From an uncultured Methanosarcinales archaeon (lineage in GTDB: Archaea > Nanobdellota > Nanobdellia > Woesearchaeales > JAGLXL01): a DNA stretch of 64,000 bases. This document shows positions 46,188 through 55,037 of this stretch, one piece after another; the stretch's first letter is position 1, and every line of letters begins with the position of its first letter. A program made the position numbers and the translations under genes. Below the pieces are notes generated by a model. It did not search any database and was not told where the DNA came from. It saw only the letters and a list, made by a program, of their open reading frames with translations. The DNA lies in assembly GCA_964384425.1 (NCBI GenBank), contig CAYLKE010000002.1, positions 10,365 through 74,364 of the forward strand. The letters are read 5' to 3'.

Positions 46188-47796
46188 AATGCAATCTTAG
46201 ATTTATTGATTTTTCTATGATATTTAATTTTTTAAGTTTGACTCCTGCCATGATCAACATTCTTTTAGATGCTTTTACTCCATCAGTATGTGCATATTTA
46301 TCATGAAGGTAAACTATTTCTTTTATACCTGATTGAATAATTAATTTAGCACATTCATTACAAGGAAAAAGATCCACATAGATTCTTGCACCTTGTAAAT
46401 TCTTTGTTGAATTTAATATTGCATTTGCTTCTGCATGTACAACATAAGGATATTTATTGTGTAAACTATTTTTATTTTCTCTTGCCCAAGGCAATTCATC
46501 ATCTGAACAACCAATTGGAAAACCATTATATCCAATACCTATTATTTTATTACGTCCATTTACAATACATGCACCAACTTGTGTGTTAGGATCTTTACTT
46601 CTATGTGCAGAAAGTTTTGCTATACCCATAAAATATTCATCCCAAGAAATATAATCAGATCTTTTTGAAACAATAGATGAAGGTTGGTTCTCATTAAAAG
46701 ATTCTTTTTTTGTATTCATTTCTTTTTCATTCTTATTATCTATTTTTTCATTATATTCTTCAGTTTCTTCTTGAGATTCTCCATTAAGTTCTTCGTTAAA
46801 TTCTTCAGGAATATCATCCAATGAGTTGTTTTTAACTTTTTTAAATTCTTCATAAGAACTCTTTTTTTCTATCTCACCTATTTCTTTATTTCCTTCTTCT
46901 ATTATTCTAGAAACAGGTTCACTCATCTCTTGCTTATTGTTTTCATCTATGTCCTTATTTGTTATGTTTTCTATGTCTTCCACTTCTGTTCTATCTTCTG
47001 TTCTGTCTTCTACTCTGTTTTCTGCTCTATCTTCCACTTTGTCTTCTTTTCTATCTTCTGCTCTGTCTTCCACTTTGTCTTCTGTTCTATCTTCTCTAAC
47101 CATATCTTGATTATTTTCTCTTATATTATCTTCTTTAATCATATTATTTTGATTTATGTCTTCTTCATTAACATTAATTATATCTCCTGCAACATCTTCT
47201 TGTTTTTCAGTTGCTCCTGAGAATTTTGGTTGATTTTGGATAATTTCCAATGCACAATCAACTTGCTTATGTAATTCACTTCTTTCTCCATCATTTGTAA
47301 AATTATAATCTGCCAAAGAGATACATTTAGACAAGTTCTGTTTATGTGGATTATCTGAAGTCATTTCTCTTTCTTCATTTGCAACAAATTCTGAGAAAGA
47401 AACATTGTCTGTTTCACTTAATCTGCTTGATATTCTTTCATACCTTATTTTAGGATCTGCATCAACTGAAAACAAGAAAAAATTACCTTTTTCTCTTAAA
47501 GAATTTACTTCACCTTCTGTTCTTAAGCTTTCAATAATAGCATTTTTTCCATCTTCTTTTGCTTTTTTATAAAGTTCTTCAGCAATATAGCTTGGAGAAT
47601 TTTTTGCACGTAGATCATTTCCAACAACAACCATACTATCTCTATTGACAGATAAACCTCTTTTTTTTATCTCTTCTTTAATAAATTCTCTTGCAGAATA
47701 ATGTTTAAAACCTTTTTCAAACATCAAATAATCAACAATAGTGCCTTTACCGGCCCCTAATGTTCCTGTAATTCCAATAATAATTTTTTCTGACAT
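46177..47796 (-). CDS. Fusion protein: P-loop nucleotide/nucleoside-kinase-like domain, long acidic repeat linker, dCMP deaminase
   Basis: The N-terminal part has Walker A GITGTLGAGKGT. The C-terminal part has the HAEANAI and PCNECAKLI zinc motifs of the dCMP/CMP deaminase family. A linker of about 190 aa carries EDR/EDK repeats. Confidence 0.8.
   Translation of the reverse strand: MSEKIIIGITGTLGAGKGTIVDYLMFEKGFKHYSAREFIKEEIKKRGLSVNRDSMVVVGNDLRAKNSPSYIAEELYKKAKEDGKNAIIESLRTEGEVNSLREKGNFFLFSVDADPKIRYERISSRLSETDNVSFSEFVANEEREMTSDNPHKQNLSKCISLADYNFTNDGERSELHKQVDCALEIIQNQPKFSGATEKQEDVAGDIINVNEEDINQNNMIKEDNIRENNQDMVREDRTEDKVEDRAEDRKEDKVEDRAENRVEDRTEDRTEVEDIENITNKDIDENNKQEMSEPVSRIIEEGNKEIGEIEKKSSYEEFKKVKNNSLDDIPEEFNEELNGESQEETEEYNEKIDNKNEKEMNTKKESFNENQPSSIVSKRSDYISWDEYFMGIAKLSAHRSKDPNTQVGACIVNGRNKIIGIGYNGFPIGCSDDELPWARENKNSLHNKYPYVVHAEANAILNSTKNLQGARIYVDLFPCNECAKLIIQSGIKEIVYLHDKYAHTDGVKASKRMLIMAGVKLKKLNIIEKSINLRLHSND
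46975..47097 (-). repeat. Imperfect 12-nt tandem repeats (about 10 units) encoding (V/K)EDR(A/T)ED-type acidic repeats
   Basis: The plus strand reads tctgttctatct/tctgttctgtct/tctgctctatct/tccactttgtct and so on. The translated repeat is REDRTEDKVEDRAEDRKEDKVEDRAENRVEDRTEDRTE. Confidence 0.85.
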
Positions 47797-47890
47797 TAAA
47801 AACTCCTCCTTTTTATATTAAAAGAGATAAGAATTATTTTTTATATACATTGTTATAATAGAAAATAAATAAAAGAAAATAAAGAATATA

Positions 47891-48259
47891 TTATGCTCTT
47901 GAAATAAGTAAGGCAAATAAAAACACTATTGCACCTACAACCATATGCATAATTCCTGCAGACCAATCAACCATTGTAGCAAGATAATTACTTAATCCTA
48001 ATACAAAAACAATTGCTCCTGTAACAACAAATGCATATGTTAAGAAGAATTTTCTCATATGATATCTAATGTTTGATATTTTTGTTACCCATTCAACTAC
48101 ATTATGCATATGATTCTCTAAAACACTAAAAAATGATGGAGATACCTTTTCCCAAACATTTTCTATACCTTTTTTCAATGCACTTTTTTTTGATGATGAT
48201 TTTTTAGAACTTGTTTTTGTTCTTTTTTTAGAACTCTTTTTTGTTTTTCTTTTAGCCAT
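47891..48259 (-). CDS. Small membrane protein with Lys/Ser-rich N-terminus
   Basis: It has a basic tail (KRKTKKSSKKRTKTSSKK) followed by two hydrophobic helices. Confidence 0.45.
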   Translation of the reverse strand: MAKRKTKKSSKKRTKTSSKKSSSKKSALKKGIENVWEKVSPSFFSVLENHMHNVVEWVTKISNIRYHMRKFFLTYAFVVTGAIVFVLGLSNYLATMVDWSAGIMHMVVGAIVFLFALLISRA

Positions 48260-48318
48260 TTAATATCACCTCGATTTTAATATCAATAATAAATATATAT
48301 GCCTTTAAATATTTTTTG

Positions 48319-49737
48319 TTAGAAACTAGATGCTTTGTAGATTTTTCCAGTCTTGTGCTTTTGTTTCATCTTTATAGGATTACTATAAATATCTAAAAAA
48401 TAATTTAATACTTCAAGTTCTGCTTTTTTTGAATTATTTTTTTCTAATTTCTGATATTCTTTATGAAAAGATTTTATGAATGGTTTTATCTTTTTTGAAA
48501 AATATTGTCTTGCTGTTTTTTTCTGTTCCCAAAAATTATTTCCTATAATGAAATTAGAATCCATCTTATAATAATTATTCATCAAATAATCTTTTGTATC
48601 TCTCAAAATTTCAGAAAGAATAAACTCATCCCTATCAAATATTATATCTTTCACACCAGATTTTTTTAAATCATAAACAATATCATTATCTTGATAAAGA
48701 TTATAATTTTTTGTAATACTTTTATCAATCTTATTTTTCAATATATCTGTATCTTTATAATCTAAAGACGAAATATCCAGAGGAGAACTAAAATTTATTG
48801 AAGCTTCTGAGAAACACATGGCACCATATAAAAATCTCCAAGCATCATCACCATCTTTTAGTTTTTCAATACCCTTGTCTTTAAAATACTGGGTTATTGC
48901 TTTGTAAACATTTGTTTTAGTATATTTTTTTCTTTTCAAAAAACTTTCTTTATTTTTATCATAAGATATACTGCAAGTTACTATATTAAATTCATCAAAA
49001 GCATTATCTGTTTTTTTATTTCTGTTTAGATAAAGACTTAAGAGTTTTAGAATATTTTCATCTGTTTCATAAGTTCCTTTTTTGCACGTACCACCATTAT
49101 TTGCAATAAGCATATTATTTCCATCCAATAAATGTTTAGTAAAGCAATTAAAAAATCCTTTTGTCTTGTATTTGGAATCTTTACATTGTCTATGTATTGT
49201 GAATGCCTTATTTTGTCTTAATATAGCTTCCATAAAAGGAAATTTATGAAGATTACTTCCTGCTACCCCATAAAAGAGATCTTTTCTTTTTTGATAGATT
49301 GCGTAATTAATAAGTAAAGGATCTATTATCTCTTCATGATTAAATAAAATAAGATAAGGTTTATCTTTATTTGCAATATTTTCTAATCCATTAATACTAA
49401 GTTTTCCAAAATCTGCAAACTTTTTAGCTAACCAAGTAGCATATTTAAAAATTCCACTTCCTAATGAAGAAGTTTTATTAAAACCATATGAAAATAATTT
49501 TTCTAAGAATGTTGTAAACTCATTTTGAGTATTTATATTTCCTAATTCTGATTCAAGAAATTTTTTAGTTAATTTAGTGCTTATTTTTTTTGTAAACATT
49601 GGAAAACGCTTAGATATTCCTGAATAAAGTGCAGAATCATTAATAATCATTTCAACAGATTTTTTAACACTCTCTTCTGTTTCTGGAAAAGGCAATATAT
49701 CTTCAAGTTTCTTTTTTTGTTTTTTAATCATAATCAA
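48319..49737 (-). CDS. GPAT/PlsB-like glycerolipid acyltransferase family protein (tentative)
   Basis: It has the HX4D block (LFNHEEIID), a block II-like KAFTIHR (compare GxxFIRR) and a degenerate block III (NNGGTCKKG). Confidence 0.4.
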   Translation of the reverse strand: MIMIKKQKKKLEDILPFPETEESVKKSVEMIINDSALYSGISKRFPMFTKKISTKLTKKFLESELGNINTQNEFTTFLEKLFSYGFNKTSSLGSGIFKYATWLAKKFADFGKLSINGLENIANKDKPYLILFNHEEIIDPLLINYAIYQKRKDLFYGVAGSNLHKFPFMEAILRQNKAFTIHRQCKDSKYKTKGFFNCFTKHLLDGNNMLIANNGGTCKKGTYETDENILKLLSLYLNRNKKTDNAFDEFNIVTCSISYDKNKESFLKRKKYTKTNVYKAITQYFKDKGIEKLKDGDDAWRFLYGAMCFSEASINFSSPLDISSLDYKDTDILKNKIDKSITKNYNLYQDNDIVYDLKKSGVKDIIFDRDEFILSEILRDTKDYLMNNYYKMDSNFIIGNNFWEQKKTARQYFSKKIKPFIKSFHKEYQKLEKNNSKKAELEVLNYFLDIYSNPIKMKQKHKTGKIYKASSF

Positions 49738-49779
49738 AACACGTATAACACAAGATTATATAAAAATATTGTGTTATAT

Positions 49780-51141
49780 TTAATCCTTATTATTCTTTTC
49801 AGGTTTTTCATCCAACTTCAAATAATCCCAATTATTAAGTTTATGGATTTTTCCAGAATCATATCCTATCTCTCTAGCAAGATTAACAAGTTCATCTTCC
49901 ATAATATCCTCACCATGTAAAGGAATAATGTTTTCTGCATTTATCAACTCAAGAAAATCCCTTAAATCTTCTCTAGATGCATGTCCACTAACATGTATAT
50001 CTTTAAATATTCTTACACCTAAACTTTTAAGTCTTTTTTCCATTTCTTTTCTATGAAGAATATTAATTTCTGTTGGAATAACTTTACAAGAATAAACAAC
50101 TGCATCTCCGAAACCAAGTGGAAATTTATATTTCCCATCTATAATCTTCATAAGAACTGATTTTGGTTCTCCTTGATGGCCTGTTGTTACAATAAGATAA
50201 TTTTCTGTACCTTTTTTCTGCATTCTTTCGAGTTCTTTTTTTATCTGTTTTGGATAACCTGCCATCTTAACACCTTCAAAACTATATATTCCTGCTTTTT
50301 TTGCAGCAATTGCGTATTTGGCAAGAGACCTTCCAATAAAAACAACTTTTCTATTTATCAGTTTTCCACATTCAACAATTGTTTTTAGACGAGCTATATG
50401 AGAAGAATAAGTAGTAACAATAAGAGTTCTTCCTTCTGTATTTATACTAAGTAAAACATCTTTCAGCATTTCCCTTGCTACACTTTCACTAGGAGTTTTC
50501 TTTTCTTCAGGAGCATTTAATGAATCAACAAATGCAACTCGAATTCCTTTTTTACTTAGTTGTTCTAATTTTTTATAATTAGGTTTTTTTCCAACAATGG
50601 GTTTATCATCTATTTTAAAATCTGTCCCATATAAAACAACCCCTTCCTTTGTTTCTAAGGCGATAAGAGAACATTGTGCTGTTGAATGTGTTATGTTAAT
50701 AAAAGATATTTTTAAATCATCACTTACTTGATATGAACTATTAGGACATATTGTCTTTATCTTATTAGGAATTTTTTGTTTATTGTCTTTCATAATTGCT
50801 TTAAGAACTTCTGCTGTAAAAGGAGTACATAATATTGGAGCATTATATTTTTTAGCAAGATAAGGTATTGCACCAATATGATCTAAATGAGCATGAGAAG
50901 GCACAATAGCTTTAACCATATGTTTCCATTCATTCAATGGAAGGTCATCAGGAATAGCTTCTGCTTTTTTTAATGCCTTTGTAGACATTTTTACAAGGTG
51001 ATCTCGTTCTTGATCTGTAAAAGTAATATAATTTGGTAGGTGAATACCCATATCAAATATTACAACTTCATTTCCTATTTTAACAGCAGTACAATTTTTT
51101 CCTATTTCGCCATATCCACCAATAGTTCTTATTTCTATCAA
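49780..51141 (-). CDS. rnj: Archaeal RNase J (beta-CASP metallo-beta-lactamase ribonuclease)
   Basis: It has the HAHLDHIG motif, beta-CASP motifs and an N-terminal IEIRTIGGYGEIGKN. The start is reassigned to the TTG at 51141, which lies 6 nt downstream of GAGGAGG. The listed start at 51156 is also a TTG. Confidence 0.8.
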   Translation of the reverse strand: MIEIRTIGGYGEIGKNCTAVKIGNEVVIFDMGIHLPNYITFTDQERDHLVKMSTKALKKAEAIPDDLPLNEWKHMVKAIVPSHAHLDHIGAIPYLAKKYNAPILCTPFTAEVLKAIMKDNKQKIPNKIKTICPNSSYQVSDDLKISFINITHSTAQCSLIALETKEGVVLYGTDFKIDDKPIVGKKPNYKKLEQLSKKGIRVAFVDSLNAPEEKKTPSESVAREMLKDVLLSINTEGRTLIVTTYSSHIARLKTIVECGKLINRKVVFIGRSLAKYAIAAKKAGIYSFEGVKMAGYPKQIKKELERMQKKGTENYLIVTTGHQGEPKSVLMKIIDGKYKFPLGFGDAVVYSCKVIPTEINILHRKEMEKRLKSLGVRIFKDIHVSGHASREDLRDFLELINAENIIPLHGEDIMEDELVNLAREIGYDSGKIHKLNNWDYLKLDEKPEKNNKD

Positions 51142-51147
51142 AATTTT

Positions 51148-51154
51148 CCTCCTC
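51148..51154 (-). promoter_or_regulatory. Shine-Dalgarno site (GAGGAGG) for RNase J
   Basis: The minus strand reads TTGAGGAGGAAAATTTTGATAGAA. The purine tract lies inside the longer listed ORF, 6 nt upstream of the second TTG. Confidence 0.45.
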
Positions 51155-51327
51155 AAAATTTTGGAGATTCCAAAAATTTGTGATTTTTTATTATTTTAGT
51201 ATATTAAAATTTTACTCAAAATTTAAAAAATATAATTTTTTATATTTTTATTTATATTATTAATATATATCTTTCAAAATATATTTAGTAAAAGATATAA
51301 TAATTATTTATATATAAAACCGAAGCC

Positions 51328-51335
51328 TTTTTATA
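51328..51335 (+). promoter_or_regulatory. TATA-box-like element (TTTTTATA) about 27 nt upstream of the eL21 ATG; candidate leaderless promoter
   Basis: The distance from the TATA centre to the ATG matches the archaeal TATA-to-TSS spacing, and no SD is visible upstream of the ATG. Confidence 0.3.
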
Positions 51336-51358
51336 CTTGTCGTTTTTTTCAACATCTT

Positions 51359-51652
51359 ATGGCAACAAGAATCGGTGGAAATAGAAGAAAAGCAAGACAC
51401 AAAATCACTAAAAAAATCAGAGAAAAAGGAAAAATAAGTATAAGAAAATACTTTCAAACCTTAAATAATGGTGACAGAGTAGTCTTAAAATCTGAACCAG
51501 CAGTACAAAAAGGATGCTATCATATGAGATTTCATGCTTCAAATGGAAAAGTAATAGGTAAAAAAGGAGCATGTTATGAAGTAGAAATTAAAGATGGTAA
51601 TAAGAAAAAAACTTTAATAGTTCACCCAGTACATTTAAAAAAATTAAATTAG
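51359..51652 (+). CDS. rpl21e: Ribosomal protein eL21
   Basis: The 97-aa protein has a basic N-terminus (RRKARHKITKK) and the RFHASNGKVIGKKG...EVEI...KTLIVHPVHL pattern of L21e. Confidence 0.85.
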   Translation: MATRIGGNRRKARHKITKKIREKGKISIRKYFQTLNNGDRVVLKSEPAVQKGCYHMRFHASNGKVIGKKGACYEVEIKDGNKKKTLIVHPVHLKKLN

Positions 51653-51662
51653 GTAATAAAAA

Positions 51663-52010
51663 ATGATGCAAGGAAAAATAATTTCTAAAGAACCAATGTT
51701 AATGAATGAAGTAAAGGATTTCCTTGATAGTGAAGAGGAATTAAACTATAGAGCAGGAAAAACAAAAGATTATTTACAAGATTTTTCATTTATTTCAACA
51801 AAAAAAGCAAAAGAACTTATGGAAAAATTAGATGGATTAAAAATAACAAGATTAAAAAATGAAATTGTCTGTAAGATTGCTGATGTTCTTCCACAAGATG
51901 TTGATGAACTTAAATCTATAATGCAAGCATACACAGTTACATTACCTGAAAAAGATTATGAAAGAATAGTAAAATTAGTAAAAGAAGTTCATGAATTTAA
52001 ATTTAAATAA
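51663..52010 (+). CDS. rpoF: DNA-directed RNA polymerase subunit Rpo4/RpoF
   Basis: It occupies the conserved archaeal position immediately downstream of L21e. Its size and helical HRDC-like pattern fit Rpb4/RpoF. Confidence 0.7.
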   Translation: MMQGKIISKEPMLMNEVKDFLDSEEELNYRAGKTKDYLQDFSFISTKKAKELMEKLDGLKITRLKNEIVCKIADVLPQDVDELKSIMQAYTVTLPEKDYERIVKLVKEVHEFKFK

Positions 52011-52048
52011 TTCTTTTTTTATATTATTCAAAAAATACCTATGAAAGA

Positions 52049-52492
52049 TTAATAAAAAATAGTCATTACAATTGCACCTGCGATTATAAAAAACACACCA
52101 ATAATTCTTACAAAAGGAATTTTTTCTTTAAAGTAAAAATAACCAATTAACAAAGACCATACATAAGTTACAGATGTTATTGGATAAAGAACAATAAGAT
52201 CAACAAACTTAAGCATGAGTACAAAAAATATAGCTGAGAATCCATAAACACTTGCACCAATCACAAAGTTCCAATCAACAAGATCAATTAATTTCTTAAT
52301 ATTAAATATTTCTTGCTTGATAAAAAGCATCTTCAAAAATAATATTCCTGCTTTAAAAGGTCCAAGAAATATTTTCCTCAAATCAAAAATTATTATTCTT
52401 TTGAATATTGCTGCACCAATTGCACCAACAAAACAATTCACCACTGTAATTAAAATTGCTACAAGAGGATTAATATTTATTTCTATCATCAT
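52049..52492 (-). CDS. Small EamA/SMR-like membrane protein (half-transporter, partner of 52489-52812)
   Basis: It has four hydrophobic helices and shares a 4-nt overlap with the upstream paralogue-like gene. Confidence 0.5.
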   Translation of the reverse strand: MMIEININPLVAILITVVNCFVGAIGAAIFKRIIIFDLRKIFLGPFKAGILFLKMLFIKQEIFNIKKLIDLVDWNFVIGASVYGFSAIFFVLMLKFVDLIVLYPITSVTYVWSLLIGYFYFKEKIPFVRIIGVFFIIAGAIVMTIFY

Positions 52493-52812
52493 GAAGCTCC
52501 TATATATATCACACCAATAATAATTGAAATAAGACCTGCTAATCTCGCAGGATTAAGGACTTCTCCTAAAACAAACATTGCAAGTAAGGTATTCCATACA
52601 AATCCCAAAGCTAGTAAAGGATGTATCTTAGAAAGATCCCCTAATGTAAGTGCTTTTACCATAAGTAATGAACCTATTCCATAAAACACAAAACCAATAA
52701 CTACAAACATATTTATGTAATTGTCACTTGCTCCGATTTTCCAAAAAAGTTGTCCAAGTGCAGTTGTTATAGTACAGAATATCATCAATATTATAGGTAA
52801 TAATTGTTTCAT
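52489..52812 (-). CDS. Small EamA/SMR-like membrane protein (ArnE/ArnF-like layout)
   Basis: The 107-aa protein has four hydrophobic helices and is paired with the downstream gene. Confidence 0.5.
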   Translation of the reverse strand: MKQLLPIILMIFCTITTALGQLFWKIGASDNYINMFVVIGFVFYGIGSLLMVKALTLGDLSKIHPLLALGFVWNTLLAMFVLGEVLNPARLAGLISIIIGVIYIGAS

Positions 52813-52990
52813 TTGAAAAGAAAATACTATTTATTATATAAATATTAAGGAAAAAGAATCTTTATTTTATAAGGTTTAATATTGTTTTATATGATAATAC
52901 TCTTGTATTAAAATACTTTATTAGGGATATTGCATTTTTTTATTAGTATTGATGTATTTGTTTATTAGTATACTAGTAAAAGAAATAGTT

Positions 52991-53050
52991 GTGTTGTTTT
53001 GTGTTGTTTTATTTTGTTTTATTTTATTTTATTTTATTTTATTTTATTTT
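52991..53050. repeat. Compound microsatellite: 2 x GTGTTGTTTT followed by (ATTTT)n
   Basis: Read directly from the sequence as gtgttgtttt gtgttgtttt atttt gtttt then six more atttt units. It abuts and slightly overlaps the stop codon of the ORF ending at 53039. Confidence 0.9.
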
Positions 53051-53521
53051 AGTAAGATAATCATTAATTTCTTTGTCAGAATACTTATCTTTGAATTGAA
53101 ATGTAAAATCAAATTTATATGAATCTAAACCTTTCTGTAAAAGACTTCTTGAAAAATCTATATATTTATTATGTTCAATATAGTATATGTCGCTATCTGG
53201 AAATTTTTCTATGAGAAATTCTAAAGGTTCAAAAGATATTGAATAATATTCTATTTGTAAAGGAAACATATTCTCTTTTTGAGATTTTTTTAGTTCATCT
53301 TCATGATTAAATATAATTTCACCACCTTTTGCATAAATATTCTTTGTATTTTTAGATAATATCTTTTTTTCTAGTTTATCTTTTTCTTTTTCAAAAAAAT
53401 CATCAGAAACAACCATAAATGCTTTTGAATAATGAGTAACTGAATCTCTTGTTCCAAGACATTTTGAAGCTACTAAAAAATCCCCGCATAAAAAATCATT
53501 TCTTTTTACATATCGTCCCAT
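53039..53521 (-). CDS. Hypothetical protein
   Basis: This is a 160-aa ORF with no recognisable motif. Confidence 0.45.
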   Translation of the reverse strand: MGRYVKRNDFLCGDFLVASKCLGTRDSVTHYSKAFMVVSDDFFEKEKDKLEKKILSKNTKNIYAKGGEIIFNHEDELKKSQKENMFPLQIEYYSISFEPLEFLIEKFPDSDIYYIEHNKYIDFSRSLLQKGLDSYKFDFTFQFKDKYSDKEINDYLTKIK

Positions 53522-53545
53522 AATACTATAAAATAATAGTTTTAT

Positions 53546-54130
53546 TTAAATATTTCTATTTTTACTATTAATTAGTAGTTTAATTATAAAAAAGAATTCC
53601 TTTTTAAACATCTTAACCAAAACATTAAGATTTTCAAAATTTTCTTTTATACGAGTTTTATTTTTATCAAAAACAAGATCCATGATTTTTATGTATTCTT
53701 TTGTTTTTCTTTTTAATTCAAAAGAAAAATCATCTGAATGAAATAAGATATCTCCTTTTCTTTTGTTGTTTACAAGAACTTCGTATCTTTTCATCAAAGC
53801 CCTTAACATAACTTTTATTCTTTTAGGAGGAGAAGGATATTTTAATTCAAAATCTTTAAAATTATTTGGATCAAATTCTAAATCAGGATATGCAAAGTTA
53901 AATGATCTTTCTATTGTTTTATATTTAATATAATCAACCATCTCATTTATTATATTTAAAGAATATGTGTAAAAATCATTTAAAATTTTTATGTCGTCTT
54001 TATTTAATTTAGAACTATTTATATTAATTTGTTTGTTAAAAAATTTTTCAAAATCATTAACAACATTTTGAGAATAAGTAATTAACTTATCTGAAATACT
54101 CTTTAATCTTCCATTTGTTTCAATTACCAT
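53546..54130 (-). CDS. Hypothetical protein
   Basis: This is a 194-aa ORF with no recognisable motif. Confidence 0.45.
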   Translation of the reverse strand: MVIETNGRLKSISDKLITYSQNVVNDFEKFFNKQININSSKLNKDDIKILNDFYTYSLNIINEMVDYIKYKTIERSFNFAYPDLEFDPNNFKDFELKYPSPPKRIKVMLRALMKRYEVLVNNKRKGDILFHSDDFSFELKRKTKEYIKIMDLVFDKNKTRIKENFENLNVLVKMFKKEFFFIIKLLINSKNRNI

Positions 54131-54149
54131 GATAATTAATAAAAAAAAA

Positions 54150-54959
54150 TTAGAACTTGACGTTCTTCATGTCTTTCCATGCCATGTTAAATAAATTTTC
54201 CATAGCTCCTGCAAAGAAAGGTGTTTTGACCCAGATTCCTGTATCATAAGTAGGATGTACTTTATCATCATCCATAACCATAAATACTAAATCTTTTCCA
54301 TCAACAACTGCAAATCTTGCTTTTATGTCCTTAACATCTCTAACTTCTGCAAGACCTTTTATTTCTTTAAGAATAGATCTTGCTTCTTTATTCATAGGAG
54401 CAGCTATTTTTATCTTAACACCTTTTTTATTTAATGCTTCGAATGTAGTTTTTAAACCTTCAACTTTTCTCATAAGACCATTTGTTGTAGTCATTATATG
54501 AACAGATTCTTTAGCATTTTTTATTGTTAAATCTAAATGATTGTGAATATTTGATCTACCTTTCACAGAACCAGAAAGTTCAGCAGGATCTATTAATTCA
54601 ATTCCATTAGTGTGTAATCCTTCAAGTTCTTTTAAAACATCTGAGCTTTTAAGATTTTGTAGTCTTTTTATTTTATTGTCTGCTTCCTGACGCATATTTC
54701 TTTTGACTCTTTCTACAACTTCAGTAGGAGGGACAGCAATATATTTTATAGGTTTTCCAAGTTTCATGACGACAAAACCTCTTTTTTCAAGACTCTCTAG
54801 AACATCATAACTTCTACTCCTAGGTACTGAGGCAATATCTGATAATTCACCTGCAGTTGATACACCTCTTGACAACAATGCTGTCCAAATTCTTACTTCA
54901 TATAGATTAAGATCAAAAAATCTCCTTAATGTGCTTAAAAATTCATCTTTAACAATCAT
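54150..54959 (-). CDS. TrmB-family transcriptional regulator
   Basis: It has the N-terminal wHTH LNLYEVRIWTALLSRGVSTAGELSDIASVPRSRSYDVLESLEKRGFV and a C-terminal TrmB_C-like domain. Confidence 0.85.
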   Translation of the reverse strand: MIVKDEFLSTLRRFFDLNLYEVRIWTALLSRGVSTAGELSDIASVPRSRSYDVLESLEKRGFVVMKLGKPIKYIAVPPTEVVERVKRNMRQEADNKIKRLQNLKSSDVLKELEGLHTNGIELIDPAELSGSVKGRSNIHNHLDLTIKNAKESVHIMTTTNGLMRKVEGLKTTFEALNKKGVKIKIAAPMNKEARSILKEIKGLAEVRDVKDIKARFAVVDGKDLVFMVMDDDKVHPTYDTGIWVKTPFFAGAMENLFNMAWKDMKNVKF

Positions 54960-55037
54960 GTTATTCCCTCCTTTTTAATATAACATTTATTTATTTCTTA
55001 TTGTTTTATATATTTTACGATTAATTTGTAATTAAAC

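Noticed and set aside
46975-47097. CRISPR-like or non-coding repeat array
   Set aside because: The repeats are 12 nt, contiguous without spacers, in frame and inside a long ORF. They are coding tandem repeats.
46930-47220. 96-aa plus-strand ORF with FCS(I/V)F repeats
   Set aside because: It is the mirror image of the acidic EDR/EDK repeat tract of the kinase-deaminase gene on the other strand. Its periodicity comes from that repeat.
52049-52812. The small EamA-like pair as the dedicated flippase (ArnE/F analogue) of the polyprenyl-phospho-pentose module
   Set aside because: The pair lies 30 kb from that module with unrelated housekeeping genes in between. Only topology supports the similarity.
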